A DNA stretch of 61,465 bases, filler included, from Chiloscyllium plagiosum (GCF_004010195.1; 4 parts of one record of this genome joined end to end with filler, not necessarily neighbours in it), one strand, 5' to 3'. Numbered from the whole stretch's first letter, positions 22,875 to 36,225 are shown. Translations and numbers: made by a program. The notes: generated from the sequence alone by a model not told the origin.

Positions 22875-23072
22875 AACCTGAAAAAACGAAGTACTGGAGA
22901 AACTCAGCAGGTCAGGCAACATCGAAAGTGAGAGAGAGAATTAACATTTAAAGTCTAATATGATTGTTCTTCAGAACCCTTTTCAGACTCTGTTAACTGT
23001 TTCTATCCCTCCACAGATGCTGCCAGACCCAATAAGTTTCTCCAGGTTCTGTTTTATTTTGGAGACTTGCAG
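22875..23072. mobile_element. Old PLE family D fold-back
   Basis: CTGGAGAAACTCAGCAGGTCAGGCA on the left arm faces TGCTGCCAGACC...TTTCTCCAG on the right arm. Confidence 0.6.
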
Positions 23073-23089
23073 GTAGTCTGTTGCCATTG

Positions 23090-23345
23090 AGAGTTGGTAA
23101 CATCCGAGTTGCAAACTTCTAGATTCCCACTGTTGGGCTTGAGTGCACAAACCTGCACAAACCAATGAAGTATTGAGAGAATGCTGGTCTGACTAAGACA
23201 CTATCTTTCAAATTTAAAAAAAAAGTGATGTCCTATCTGGCTACTGTTCGGGTGGACTTCAAAGATCCCATGAAGACCAGCAGACTCACCTCTTTGGTGT
23301 GGTGCGCAGTATTTAATCTTAAATCAACATCATGAAAACAAGTCA
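23090..23345 (+). mobile_element. Degenerate DeuSINE (SacSINE1-like)
   Basis: GGTGGAC..AAAGATCCCATG and TCAACATCA..AAAACA motifs. Related copies at about 9590-9720 and 43360-43550. Confidence 0.5.
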
Positions 23346-24004
23346 TGAGATTGTGTTCACATTCCTATTTATAGGAGATGTGTGTTTCCTACTCTCAGCA
23401 GTGACCACATTTGGAGTACCTCATTGTCTAAGAGGTGCTTTTTGAATGAAAGTCCATCTTTAAGACAAGGGCCAAAGTTAGCAATGTGCTTTTGACATTC
23501 TGCGCCTTGCGATGTAATTCTGTTCTTAACTGCTGGGCCTGCCAGAGTCAATGTTCCTGTCACTGTGAGATGGAGCAGTGCGTTTGAAGTCACGTTGGCC
23601 TAAACAATCTGGTTTAAAGTGAATGTGGGAGAAATTGATTTTAATTTATTCATTTATAGGATGTGGGTATCACTAGCAAAGTCACCATTTGTTATCAATT
23701 CTAAATTGCCCTTGAACTGAGCTTTTTCAGCCATTTCAGAAGGTAGTTAGGAGTTACCCACATGGCTAAGGTCCGTGATTCGTAGACCAGCTGGGTATTG
23801 ACAGCGGTTTTTCCTTCCCAATGGTGAATCAGATGGGTTTTTAATGACTAATTGGTGATAACTTCATGGTTAACAACACTGACATTCTTTGCTGGTGCTG
23901 TGGTAGAAATGGTGGTGGAATGTCCCAAGAGCAATAGTGTGGGTCTTTGGATTATGTAACAAAGATTATAATCTCTACACGATCAGCGTCTGTTGTAGCG
24001 TTAC

Positions 24005-25632
24005 CTGGAAAGTGTGAAAATAGAGAAGCCCCCGGGCCAGATGGGATTTATCCTGGGATTCTCTGGGAAGCCAGGGAGGAGATTGCCGAGCCTTTGGCTT
24101 TGATCTTTGTCATCATTGTCTACAGGAATAGTGCCAGAAGAGTGGAGGATAGCAAATGTCCACCTGTTTAAGAAGGGGAGTAGAGACAACCCTGGTAATT
24201 ATAGACCAGTGAGCCTTACTTTTGGTTGTGGGTAAAGTGTTAGAAAAGGTTATAACAGGATTTATAATCAACTAGAAAGGAATAAGTTGATTAAGGATAG
24301 TCAGCATCGTTTTCTGAAGGGTAGGTCGTGCCCCACAAACCTTATTGAGTTCTTTTGAGATGCTGACCAAACAGGTAGATGAGTGTAAAGCGGTTGATGT
24401 GATGTATATGGATTTCAGTAAGGCTTTTTATATGGTGCCCCACGTAGGCTATTGCACAAAATACGGAGCCATGGGATTGAGGGTGATTTAGCGGTTTGGA
24501 TCAGAAATTGGCGAGCTGAAAGAAGACAGAGGGTGGTGATTGATGGGAAATGTTCATCCTGGAGTTCAGTTGCTAGTGGTGTACCGCAAGAATCTGTTTT
24601 GGGTCCACTGCTGTTTGTCGTTTTTATAAATGATCTGGATGAGGGCGTAGAAGGATGCATTAGTAAATTTGTGGATGACATTAAGGTTGATGGAGTTATG
24701 GACAGTGCCGAAGGATGTTGCAGGGATGTAGAAAAGCTGCCGAGCTAGGCTGAGAGATGGCAAATGGACTTTAATGCGGAAAAGTGTGAGGTGATTCACT
24801 TTGGAAGGAGTAACAGGAATAAAGAGTACTGAGCTAATGGTACAATTGTTGGCAATGTAGATGAGCAGAGAGACCTCTGTGTCCATTACATCGATCCCTG
24901 AAAGTTGCCTCCCAGGTTGATAGGGTTGTTAAGAAGGCATACAGTGTATTAGCTTCCAGTGGTAGAGAGATTGAGTTTCAGAACCACAAGGTTGCACTTG
25001 AAGTGTTGCATACAGTTCTGGTCACTACATTATAGGAAGGATGTGGAAACTTTAGAAAGCGTTCAGAGGCGATTTACTTGGATGTTGCTTGGTATGAAGG
25101 GAAGGTCTTATGAGGAAAGGCTGAGGGACTTGAGGTTGTTTTCATTAGAGAGATTGAGAGGTGACTTAATTGAGACATACAAGATGGTCAGAGGATTAGA
25201 TAGGGTGGACAGAGAGAGCCTTTTTTCCTTGGATGGTGATGGCTAGCATGAGGGGTCATAGCTTTAAATTGTGTGGTGATAGATATCAGACAGATGTCAG
25301 AGGTAGTTTCTTTACTCAGTAGTGGGGTCTTGGAGCGCCCTGCCTAAAACTGTAGTAGACTCGTCAACTTTAAGGGCATTTAAATGGTCATTGGATAAAC
25401 ATATGGATGATGATGGAATAGAGTTGGATAGATGGGCTTCAGATTAGTTCGGAGAAAGTGAGGACTGCAGATGCTGGAGACAAGAGTTGAAAAATGTGGT
25501 GCTGGATAAACCCAGCAGGCCAGGCAGCATCCGAGGAGCAGGAGAATCGGCGTTTCGGGCATAAGCCCTTCTTCAGGAATTCAGATTAGTTCCATAGGTC
25601 AGCATGACATTAAGGGCCGAAGAGTGTGTATT
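24005..25632 (+). mobile_element. CR1 ORF2 (RT) and 3' end, frameshifted
   Basis: PGPDGIYP, NYRPVSL, GVPQESVLGP, FVDD and CIQFWSLH motifs, ending near TGTTCTATG. Confidence 0.93.
25451..25579 (-). mobile_element. PLE family A terminal repeat with 13-bp TSD, inside a CR1 3' UTR
   Basis: TSD TTCAGATTAGTTC at 25438-25450 and 25580-25592. The 5' end lies a few nt upstream of the hammerhead core. Confidence 0.87.
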
Positions 25633-26142
25633 GTGCACTAATGTTCTATGTTTGATCTTTTGTTGACCCAAGAGGTCCTGGTTGCTTTACAGCTAATAAA
25701 GCATGTTAAAGTCTCAGCCACTGTCCTCATGTAAGAAACTAGGGGAGTTGGTGGTATAGTGGTAATGTCTTTGGACCAGTAAAACAGAGGCATAGGCCAG
25801 TGCTGTGAGGAATACTTTATATAGTCGTTGGGTTACTTGTTGACTGACCTTTTGTTTTATTAAACTTTTTTTTAATCAACTGTTCAGAGATGTTATTACA
25901 ATCTCTGGAGCAGGTGGGGACTTGGGAGGCCCAGGTTCTAGTCCAGGGCAGGAACACTACCACTGCAACACAAAAGGGCCTCCAAATGTTTCCACACACT
26001 TCTAGAGCAGGAATGACTTGATCTTGGTCCAGAGATAAGGGTCACTACCACTGCTCCAAAAAGGCATGCACTGACCATTCTTAAACCTCCTAAATTTGCC
26101 ACAGCTGCCCTACATTTAACTACCACCATTTATACCAGAGGA

Positions 26143-26258
26143 GGGGAATGCTTGTGCAGTGGTAGTATCCGTACCACTGAGCCAGGTGACCCAGATTCAA
26201 CTCCCACCTGCTCCAGAAGTGTCTAACAACATCTCAGAACTGTTAAATTGAAAAATAG
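26143..26258 (+). mobile_element. Short tRNA-derived SINE with 14-bp TSD
   Basis: TSD TTTATACCAGAGGA at 26129-26142 and 26259-26272, with an A/B-box-like head. Confidence 0.8.
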
Positions 26259-27520
26259 TTTATACCAGAGGATAAAACGATGTCAACTGGTTGGCTCTTC
26301 TAATCAGTTAGCACCCTTGCATTTTAACTGGTGATCATTTGAAATAAGGCATTCTTGCATTTGTCCTGATGAGTGTAAGCTGAAAAGCTATGGCAATATG
26401 ACACTCTTCAATAAAATTAGTGTTGAACTGCAAAGTGACTGTGTTTATTTACTTAATACCTGTCATCATCTAATCTAATTCCTCTAAGTGTAATTCCCCA
26501 TCGCTATCTGTTCCTTCTACCTTGCTGCTTTCATGGTATGACCTTGGGACCTATCTTTTGAAAGCATCATTAAAGTAATGGAATACCCAACCAACTCCTA
26601 TTTCTTTCCCTAACTGAAACCAACTTGCTCAGCATAAACTAGCAATTGAATCTTTTGAACTAAGTGAAAGGAATGTTTTGCTTCAAATCTTGCTAAATAA
26701 CACAACGCAAAAAAGCAGTTTAGGCTCAGTAAGTAAGTGTTTTTATGTGATATGTTGTTTTGAATTGGAGCAAAGTCATTGCTGGCATTGCACTGCCAGG
26801 CTTAGGGTAGCTTTCACAAAGTACTTGATTCCAGTGTTGGATACAAGAAAGACAAATGTATTTCAGGAATGTTTTATCTTTGATTACACTGGTTGACATT
26901 TCAGGTGTCCTGCAGAATCTTTGTTGAATTCTGGTTGAACCTCCTGAATATTTTAAGTGCTAAAATGCTGTTTTCCTATTTTTGCTGTATCTGCTATTAG
27001 TTGAAATACTTTCATTTTAACTACACTGTTTGATAGTTTGATAACTGGTAGTGAAGGGGTATTCTTTAGCAGGTTATCATCTCTGTAAACAAAGAACAAT
27101 GAAAGATTATTTAAAATATGCTCTCACAGCAATCGATCTGAAGCAAGATCTACTCCATTAATAACCTGTCGGAATGGAGAGAAGCTGCAAATACATGATA
27201 GCAATTTTTTTTCCTGCTTTCTTTGTTCCATCTAATTTTTTGGAGTGTGTGGTCTCTGATTTCTTGTTTGCTTTCATGGCATTTTTCTAAAAATAACTAA
27301 CTTTGCTCTGATTCCTTTTCTTTTAAAGAATGTCTGTGTTTGCATTGCAGTTTTTTTAATGTGAAAGTTTGGTTTGATTTTTTTTTGTTTACAATGGTTC
27401 CTTGCTTGGTACCGTTACTTAACCAAAATTCAGTTCAAAGATATTTAAGTTTGCCATGCAGTCTGTGGTTTATTCAGAGCTAGCCTCACGAGGTACAGTA
27501 TAAGACCAGAGCCTAGACTG

Positions 27521-27690
27521 AAGTGGGCACTGCAGATGCTGGAGATCAAAGTCAAGATTGGAGTGGTGCTGGAAAAGCACAGCAGGTCAGGCAGCATCCG
27601 AGGAGCAGGATAAAGGACTTTTGCACGAAACGTAGATTTTTCCTGCTTCTTGGATACTGCTTGATCTGTGCTTTTCCAGCACCACTCTAA
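27521..27690. mobile_element. PLE family A-related fold-back
   Basis: The left minus arm has the tail; the right plus arm starts in the hammerhead and stops at CACCACTCTAA without the tail. Confidence 0.78.
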
Positions 27691-27694
27691 ATAA

Positions 27695-28205
27695 GATCAA
27701 AGCCATCTACAAGGCACAAGTCAGGGTTGTGATGAAATACTCGTCACTTCCCTGGATGGGTGCAGCTCCATCAACAGAAGCTTGACACCATCCATGACAA
27801 AGCAGCCCACTTGATTGGAACAGCATCCACAAACATCCATGAATATCCACTCCTTGCACCACTGACTCTTAGTAGCAACAGTGAGTACTTTAAAAAGATG
27901 CACTGCACAAATTCACTAAGGCTCCTGAGACAGCACCTTCTAAGCCTACGACCTCTTCCATTTAGAAGGAGAAGGGCAGCTGATACATGGGTAGACTACC
28001 TCCTGCAGGTTCCCTTACAAGCCATTTGCCATCCTGACCTTGTGATCATTCAGAGTCACTGGATTAAAATCTCAAAATTTCCTCCCTAAGGATCTACCTG
28101 CAGCATGTGGGCTGCAACGGTTCAAGAAGGCAGGTCACTATCTTCTCAAAGGCAGCTAGGGATGGGCCAGCCAACAAAACCCATGTCCTGTGAGTGAACA
28201 AAAAA
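27695..28205 (+). mobile_element. Second CR1/L2-group LINE 3' portion
   Basis: IYKAQVR and KLDTIHDKAAHLIG motifs. Confidence 0.78.
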
Positions 28206-28841
28206 TGTTTTTTGGGGCAGACCTTTCGCCCTCATGTGCGTTGCCCCACTTAATGATGCTTGACATCCTCCCAACCCCACTCACTTCAAAAAGTAGTTGT
28301 TAATAGTCTGTTTTCCCTCCATGACTGAGTAAGTAGGAGTCAGTTGAGGATCCAGAACAGACTTGATTCAGATGGTTTGGATGCAAGACCTTAGGACCAT
28401 GGAGCAGCCTTATAATGATGTCATAAGAGCTCCTTCACAAAGACCATAAACAACATAGGGTGGGGGAAGGGGTGCAGTTAAATTTGTAAAGAGAGAAGCA
28501 GATGTAGATAATTAACAAAACGTCATATATGCAAATTTTCACATTGTATACCGTGAACCCGCAATAAATAAGTAAATTCTTTACGTTGCTTTCTCCTCCA
28601 CTATTCTGCATCAAGCCCAAGTTCTAAAGTGTGTCCCTAAACTACAGGATAAAGAGAGAGTCCACGCTATACAAAGGGGAGGACTGTGGATGTATGTTCA
28701 TGCCTGACAAGGGCTGCACCTTCTCCCACTTTGTACACTAGTTTATCACCACCAAGTACCTCTTTAGGAGGCAGTTGGACTTGATCGTCCATCCTGTGCC
28801 TTTTTCCTTAACTCCATGGATCTCCTCTTCTAGTACCTTTT

Positions 28842-29110
28842 GGGAGCGGCATCATGACTCATTGGTTAGCACTGTTGCTTCACAGTGTCGGGTCTGATTC
28901 CAGCCTTGTGTGACTATCTGTGCGGAGTTTGCATGTTCTCCCCATAGTTTCTGGCGGACCCTCTGGTTTCCTCCCAGCGTCCCAGAGATGTGCAGGCTAG
29001 ATGGATTAGCCGTGGTAAATGTGGGGTTATGGGGATAGGGTAGCAGGATGGGTTTGGGTCAGTGTAGACTCATTGGGCTGAATGGCCTCCTGCACTGCAG
29101 GGATTCTATG
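28842..29110 (+). mobile_element. Older HE1-like SINE
   Basis: Diverged tRNA-like head, V-domain and CR1-type tail. Confidence 0.8.
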
Positions 29111-29494
29111 ATACCTGTTCAACTTTGATATTTTGTCAGTTTTTTAAAGCAGTGATGCTGATCAATTAGTCAGCTCAGAAGAAGGAATAATAGTTTGTTT
29201 CACTCAATCAAAAAGCTCGATTAGGCCATCTGTTAATCTTCTCTGTTCCGAGTATAGCAGTTCCATCCTTTCCAAACTTCACTCGTAATTGAGCACCCTC
29301 ATCTCTGGTAACATTTTAAGTCTCTCCACGGCTTTCATCTTTTTTCAAATTATAGGGCCCAGAATTTCCTGCACTGTTTCAACAGGCTGAATGATTTAAG
29401 TTTTGTCATAATCTCTGCTTTTATGTTCTGTGCCTTCTGTGCTTTTTAAATTAACCTTCTGTGAGCAGTTTTGGTCTTCCTATTTCGGTAAAGA

Positions 29495-29975
29495 TTTCAT
29501 TAGAGGCAGTTCAGAGAAGGTTCACTCAGATGATCCCAGGAATGAGGAGAGTGTCTTTTGAGCAAAGGCTAAATGGGTTGGGATCTACTCATTGGAATTT
29601 AGATGAATGAGAGGTAATGCATTTAAACATAATAATTCTTTAGGACTTGACAGGCTGAAAGGATATTTCCACTCACTGGAGAGTCCAGGGCTGGAGGCAT
29701 AGTCTCAAAATAAAAGGATCTAGCTTAAGACCGAGGTGAGGAATTATTTCCGAAAGTTGAGTGTATTTGGAACTGCTTGCCACAGAGCTATGGAAGCACA
29801 GTCCTTGTGTATACTTAAGGCTGAGATAAATGTTTGATAGTTGGGGAATCAAGGGTTGTAGGTAAAGGGCAGCAATGTGAATGTGAGGAATATCTGATCA
29901 ATCATAGTCTCTCTGAATGGCAGTGCAAAGTTGATGGGCTGAATGAGCTGCTTCTGCTCCAACATCTTATGGTCA
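29495..29975 (+). mobile_element. Old CR1 3' fragment
   Basis: LEAVQRRFT motif and 3' UTR. Confidence 0.78.
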
Positions 29976-30956
29976 GTGTCCAGAAATTTAATTCTCTGCA
30001 GCCTGAACAATTCTGTTCCATCCTGTTCACCCATCACCTTTTTGCTTACTGATCTACATGGTTAAGCAATACCTCAAATCTTAAAATAATCAATCATTCT
30101 TTGAGCCTGCAGGGTGTCACCCTCTCCACCCATCTCTGTAACTTTTTCCAGCCAGCCCTACAAACACCTCTGTACTTATTGAATTCCAGCCTGAGTGTCT
30201 ATGGTTCTTGCTCCATCACTGACAGATATTCATTCCTTTTAGCTGCCCTAGAATTCCCTGCTTGGTCCTCGCTGCATCTTAAACCCTTTCTCCTGCAAGG
30301 CACAGCTTAACATCCATCTCAGTGGCATAGCTAATATCTATCCCTGATTGGTTGTCAAATTTTGTTTGCTTCTGTGTAGGGCTTTGGGACCATGCATTCA
30401 TTGTCTTCTATAGTATGATATTTCTGCATTCATCAATTTTGGGAGCTAACCTATTCTACAGGTTTAGTCATCTCTCTTTAGCTCCGTTCATTCCTATTAG
30501 CCATTTCTCCAGTTCCCTTATGCTCATGAAGGAGTTAATCAAGAAAGTATTAAGTGCTTTTGCTGGGAGTCTGTTCCACATATCTACTGCTCTGTGGGAA
30601 AAATATTTTTTCTAATCTTTAGTCTTGCCTGAGGCTGACTAATTTTATATTCGTCCTCTAGTTCTGCGCTCACAGTCCAAATTAAATAACCTGCTTACAT
30701 CTACATTATCTGTGCCTCTCAGCATTTAAAAGACCTAGATCAACTATCCCCTCCCCCTCCAACCACTGCTTCTCCAATGGGAAGAAAAAGTTTAGTTCTG
30801 AGTCAATTCTTAATAAAGTGGAACCTCCATCTTAGAATATTTTTTACGCATTTAGCTCTGAATCTACTTCAGTTGGATGGGTGGGTGATTAATGTAGAAT
30901 TATAGTCCTTAGTACAGATGCTTTGAACCAAACAGCAAGTATATAACTTAACTCAA

Positions 30957-31288
30957 GGGCGGCACGGTGGGTCAGTGCTGCTGCCTGACAGCCCCAGGGA
31001 CCTGGGTTTGATTCTGGCCTCGGGCGACTGTCTGTGTGGAGTTTGCATGTTCTCCCCGTGTCTGTGTGGATTTCCTCCAGCTGCTCCAGTTCTCTCCCAC
31101 AGCCGAAAGAAAGTGCAGGTTAGGTGAATTGGCCATGCTGAATTGCCCATTGTGTTCAGGGATGTGTAGGTTAGGTGCATTAGGCAGGGGTAGATATTGG
31201 ATAATAGGTTAGGGGAATGGGTCTGATGAGGTGCTCTTTGGAGGCTTGTTGGGCCAAATGGCCTGTTTACACACTGTAGTGATTCTGT
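30957..31288 (+). mobile_element. HE1-like SINE
   Basis: GGGCGGCACGGTGG head and V-domain. Confidence 0.88.
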
Positions 31289-31749
31289 GTTTAACTCTGA
31301 AGGTATATCATATTGGGAGTAAAATATCTTTCTGAAATTGGATAATATTGTACTTGTAGGCAGTGATTTTAAAATTCTGCTTGTTTACAAATTCCTCCCA
31401 TGGTCTTGCCCCTTCCTATCTCTAACATTACAACCCCACAATCCTCAGATCTCTGTGCTCATTTAGTTTTGATCCCTTGAGTGTCTTTGACTTTCATCAC
31501 TGCACTATTGGTGATTGTGTCTTCAGTTGCCAAGATCACAGGCTCTGGAATTCCCATCCTCTGGAATTCCCGTCCTCTGGAACTCTACTTCTTCCTTTAG
31601 ATCACTCTTGAGATTTTTAACTTGGACCAGTCTTTTGCCCTAATATTGCATAATGTGTCTTAGTGACTAATCTTACTCTAACATTCCTTTGAAGGACCTT
31701 GGAATGCTTATGACAGTCAAGAGGCTATATAAATAATTTGTGAAAATTA

Positions 31750-32060
31750 GGTGTGACTGTAATGTTATTCAATTAGTAATCCAGACAGCCAGGCTAACAC
31801 CATTGATTCACATCCCAGCACAACAGCTAGTGAATTTAAATGCAGTTAATAAATGAGCAGTTATCCTGCCAGTCTTAATCGTGGTGACCATGTGAGCTAG
31901 CTTTGGTTATTTATTTTTATTTTTAAAAGTTCTGTTCACTAATGTCCTTTTAGTGATGGAAATCTGCTTGACTCTTAACTACCCTCTGAAGTTCAAGGCA
32001 ATTCAGGATAGGCAATAAATGCTGGTCTTCTCAGTGATATCCACGTTCCAGGAAAAAATG
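31750..32060 (+). mobile_element. Third SINE family (tRNA-like head, L2/CR1-group 3' end)
   Basis: TAGTAATCCAGA..GTTCACTAATGTCCTTT..GGCAATAAATGCTGG. Related copies near 6225-6420, 20415-20690, 23640-23880, 42265-42570, 43840-44110 and 44990-45250. Confidence 0.65.
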
Positions 32061-32277
32061 AAGATGCAAGTCATAGAGATGTACAGCACAGAAACAGACC
32101 CTTCTGTCCAACCTGTCCAAGCCAACCAGTCTATTTGAACTTAACAAATTTTTGAGGTTTCACAAAATGACTTCTATGATCCAGTCTATGATCCAGTTAA
32201 TGTTGACAATTTTGGATTGAATTGAATGCTTTCAGAAGTTGACAATGTTTGCAAGAATTTTGTGATCCCACAATCTT

Positions 32278-32595
32278 GGGTGGCACGGTGGCACAGTGGT
32301 TAGCACTGCTGCCTCACAGCACCAGAGACCCGGGTTCAATTTCTGCCTCAGGCGACTGTCTGTGTGGAGTTTGCACATTCTCCCCGTGTCTGCGTGGGTT
32401 TCCTCCGGGTGCTCCGGTTTCCTCCCACAGTCTCGGTTAGGTGAATTGGGCATGCTAAATTGCCCATAGTGTTAGGTGATGGGGTAAATGTAGGGGAATG
32501 GGTTTGGGTGGGGTGCACTTCGGCGGGTTGGTGTGGACTTGTTGGGCTGAAGGGACTGTTTCCACACTGCAAATAATCCAATCTAATCCAATCTG
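32278..32595 (+). mobile_element. HE1-like SINE, near full length
   Basis: A and B boxes, V-domain and an AATC(C/T) tail. Confidence 0.9.
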
Positions 32596-33430
32596 TCACA
32601 TGTGGCATTGATGTCAAGAGGTGGTTACTCACCTCACTTCTGATAGCCAGCTTTTTTGATGTTTTAACAAAAGCTGCAATGAGGTCAGGAGCTGAATGGC
32701 CCAGGCAGAACCTAAACTGACTGTTCGAGAGCAGGTTTCTGCTATGCAGCAACCTTGCACTGATTATTGAGGCAATAATTTGCTCAGTTGAATTGTCCTT
32801 TTTGTGGATAAGACAAACATGGGCAATTTTCCATGTTGCCGCATCATAGCTGTACAGAACAGCCAGGGAAATAGTATGTTCTGCAGGCCAGGTCCTCAAT
32901 GCTCAAAAATTGACATGAACCATAACTGTTGTAGGATCCAGTTCCTTCAGCCATTTCTTGATACCACATTGAGTGTATTGAATTGGCTGAAGACTACTTC
33001 CTATGATATTTCTCCAGAGGAAGCAAAGATGAATCATCCATTCAGCACTTCCAACTAAGATAGTTGCAGATCCTTCAGCCTTGCCTTTTGCAATGCCTGA
33101 AGTTGGGATGCCTGTTGTTTGAGGGTGGGAATATTTGTGCATCCTCCTCGTCCTCGTCCTAGTTTAATTATCCGCCACTGCTCTCATCTAGATGTTGCAG
33201 CACTGCAGAGAGCTTGGATCTAATCTGTTGATTGTAGGATCACTTGGCTCACTGTATCACTTGCTTCTCATGCTGTTTAACATGTAAGTAGTCTTGTTGT
33301 AGCTTACCATATTGACCCCTCGTTTTCAAGCATGCCTGGTACTGCTCCTGGCAAGCACTTCTGCAATCTTCATTGAATCAAAGTTGGTCCCCTGCCTTTA
33401 CTGGCAATGGCTGAGTGGTGTGGACTGTGT
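32596..33430 (-). mobile_element. Second CR1/L2-group LINE, RT N-terminal region
   Basis: WKIAHVCLIHKK and LLSNSQFRFCLGHSAPDLI motifs. Confidence 0.75.
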
Positions 33431-33954
33431 GGAAGAACAGCTTCTTCCCCACTATTATGAGTCTGATGAATGGATTCTCTATAACTTCAAATAATGTTAA
33501 CCTTGTTAATGATGTTCTTGCTTCATGCACCTCCTATACAGTGTAACCTGTATGTCTCACTCTGTCTAAGCAACCTATCATCTCTATGGCCTTGCTTGCT
33601 ATGATCTGCTGTACTGCTCGCAAACCAAGCTTTTTACTGTCCTTGGGTATATACATGAGTATAATAAATCAAGAAGGATGTGAAATGGAGGAAAATGGAC
33701 ATGAGGAATGTTGGATCAGCCACTTGAATGGTGGAACATCCTCAAGGAGCCGAAAGGTCTACCCCTATTTCTTATTGCCTATATCTACAAGATTGCCACA
33801 TTGAGTTTGAGTGCTTTTGTTGTTTCAATCTAGTCCAGCGCATTTATTGATTGCAATTCAGTTTCCTCTAAATTGGAAATTTTTATTAAATCCTTTAATC
33901 ACATGTAGAATGCATGACCAATTTTCAGAACAACACCACTGTGACTGCAAGAAT

Positions 33955-34958
33955 GACCTCAACCTTCCAATCACTTGCCATTCCAAAATGTCATCTTGCT
34001 TTAGTGCTAACATTTCTGTACTGGGACTGCTCAGTGTTCCAGCATCAACCATTGCAAGCTATAGGAACAGCACCTTATTTTCCTCTTAAACCTTACAGCC
34101 TTCAGAACTCAACATTGAGTATGAAAGCTTCAGACCATGAATACACCTCTTCCAGTTTGACTCCCTGCTCCACCGAGTGTCTTGTTTGCATCCTGGCCAA
34201 CATCTTTACCTCAGGCTTGCTGCAGTGCTCCAGCACAGCTCAGCACAAACTGGAAGAACAACACCTCCCTTTCCACTTGGGAACTCTACAGCTTTCTGGT
34301 CTCAATGTTGAGTTCAACAATTTTCGGGCTCGAGGCACCTTCACGTGTATTTACCCCAACTCCCACATACCAGGCCTTACCACGTGGTGTCCTACTACAT
34401 ACCACCCATTGCTAGCCACTAATTGTCCATAAATAGTTATTCATTCTCCAAGGCTGGTCATTATACACTTCTTTGTCTATCTAGTCTTCTCTCTCTTTGG
34501 GCTCTATCTCCACGTCTATTCTTTACTCCTTAACCCGTTTCCCCTCCCTATCTTCTGAATAAAAAACAACCTTTTCCTAGTCTGAGGAACAGTTGCTGAA
34601 CCCAAAACGTTAACTTTGCTTTCTCTCCACAGATGCTATCAGACCTTCTGAGCTTTTCCAGCAATTTCCTTTTCTTGTTTGCGTTGGGTTTTGCTCTCAG
34701 TAGAGCTGACCTGTTTTCTGCTATTAGCACCTACATTCATACCTATCCTTCTCCTATATGTATGTCTCCACCTCTACTATTGGTCACCCTCACCATCTGT
34801 TTCACTTGCAGGTGCACCCCCATAAAAAAAAAAATTGTCAACCTCCTTCCGTTCCAAAGAAGAGCCATTTAGGATATGAAGCATTAGCTGTTTTTCCACA
34901 GGTGCTGACAGATCTGAATTTTTCTAGCACTTGTTTTTATTTTCCATTTCCAGCATCT
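33955..34958 (+). mobile_element. Old Neptune-type PLE 3' fragments
   Basis: HKLEEQHLPFHLGTLQLSGLNVEFNNF (GIY-YIG end), a more decayed similar segment just upstream, and family D terminal repeats. Confidence 0.75.
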
Positions 34959-35240
34959 GGATGTAGGTTTGCTCGCTGAGCTGGAATGTTCATTTCCAGA
35001 TGTTTCGTCACCCTACTCGGTAACCTCTTCAGTGGGCCTCAGGCTAATAATTCCTGCTTTCTATTTAAGATTGGGTTTCTTTGGGTTGGTGATGTCATTT
35101 CCTGTGGTGAAATCACTTCCTGTTCTTATTCTCAGAGGGTGGTAGATGGGGTCTAACACATTTTTGATAGAGTTCCGGTTGGAATGCCATGCTTCTGGCA
35201 ATTCTCGTGCTTGTCTTTGTTTGGCTGGTCCTAGGATCTG
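34959..35240 (-). mobile_element. Poseidon-type PLE 3' end with hammerhead motif
   Basis: Minus ORF ARELPEAWHSNRNSIK..LDPIYHPL. Motif CCA-CTGAAGA-G-GTTACC..GGTGAC-GAAACATC-TGG at about 34996-35035. Confidence 0.85.
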
Positions 35241-36096
35241 CATCTGCAATTCTTTGCTTTTATTTGCAGTTCTGGTGCTGATGCTGTTGATGGCCGTAAC
35301 CTCTTCATCAAAGCCCAGTCTTAAATGGAAATCAAGTTCCACCACTCCACAAACTGTACCAAAAATGTAATATCTTATTCATTCAAAGAAGATTTGTTTA
35401 TGTTTTTAACCATTAACTAGAACAGAAGAGACTTGCGTCAGGTTTTTCATTAAACTCATACTTATTGTAGACAAACATAAACTTCAATTAAGTTGCAAAC
35501 TAGATATTAATGCGAATTAAACTATATCCTGCTTAATCCCAAACACACACATTGATACATATACAGGACACACACTACTCTGCAGAACTATTATGGGTGG
35601 GGGGAAATGATTAGGAGAAAAGGGTATAGGGAAACCACAACACCCTTGTGTTTGAGGATCAATTTCAGATGTTAAAAATGGCTTGGCGCCTCACAGTTCC
35701 TTTGAATTTGTCGATGAAATCCAGTTGCAAAATATTGAAATATCTTCATACTAGATTTTTGATTCAGCCAATGAATAGTAAGGAGTTCTGATGTTTGAAA
35801 CTTTTTTCTCGAATTACTTCAGACATATGTGTTTAAGCTGTTTTCACTTCCACACTCTGACTCTTGCTAGAGAGAATGTGCAAGTCCTGCACCCTTGCAA
35901 AGGTTAGAACGGACAATAATACCCGTTACTTTCCTCTAGAGAGTGTTCCTCAGTATCAGCAGCATGGATCTGTTAGGGTTTTCCAGGTTAGTTTGTTCAA
36001 CAATTAGTGATAAATTCCATCCTTGTCTCTGTTTTGCTCTTTTTGTTCCCAAAGATTCTTGCTTTATTTCTATGCACAGCAAATAGACCATCTCTC

Positions 36097-36225
36097 TTCC
36101 TGATGAAGGGCTTTTGCCTGAAACGTCGATTTCCCTGCTCCTTGGATGCTGCCTGAACTGCTGTGCTCTTCCAGCACCACTAATCCAGAATCTGGTTTCC
36201 AGTATCTGCAGTCATTGTTTTTACA
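36097..36225 (+). mobile_element. PLE family A-related terminal repeat starting at an intact hammerhead core
   Basis: CTGATGAAGGGCTTTTGCCTGAAACGTC at 36100-36127. Confidence 0.82.

Noticed and set aside
26400..27500. AT/T-rich region as the TAF4-family 3' UTR
   Set aside because: No terminal coding exon was found ahead of it; composition alone is insufficient.
28346..28366. EDPEQ peptide resembling the upstream TAF4 exon
   Set aside because: It stops two codons later, has no suitable splice sites and lies downstream of the exon it should precede.
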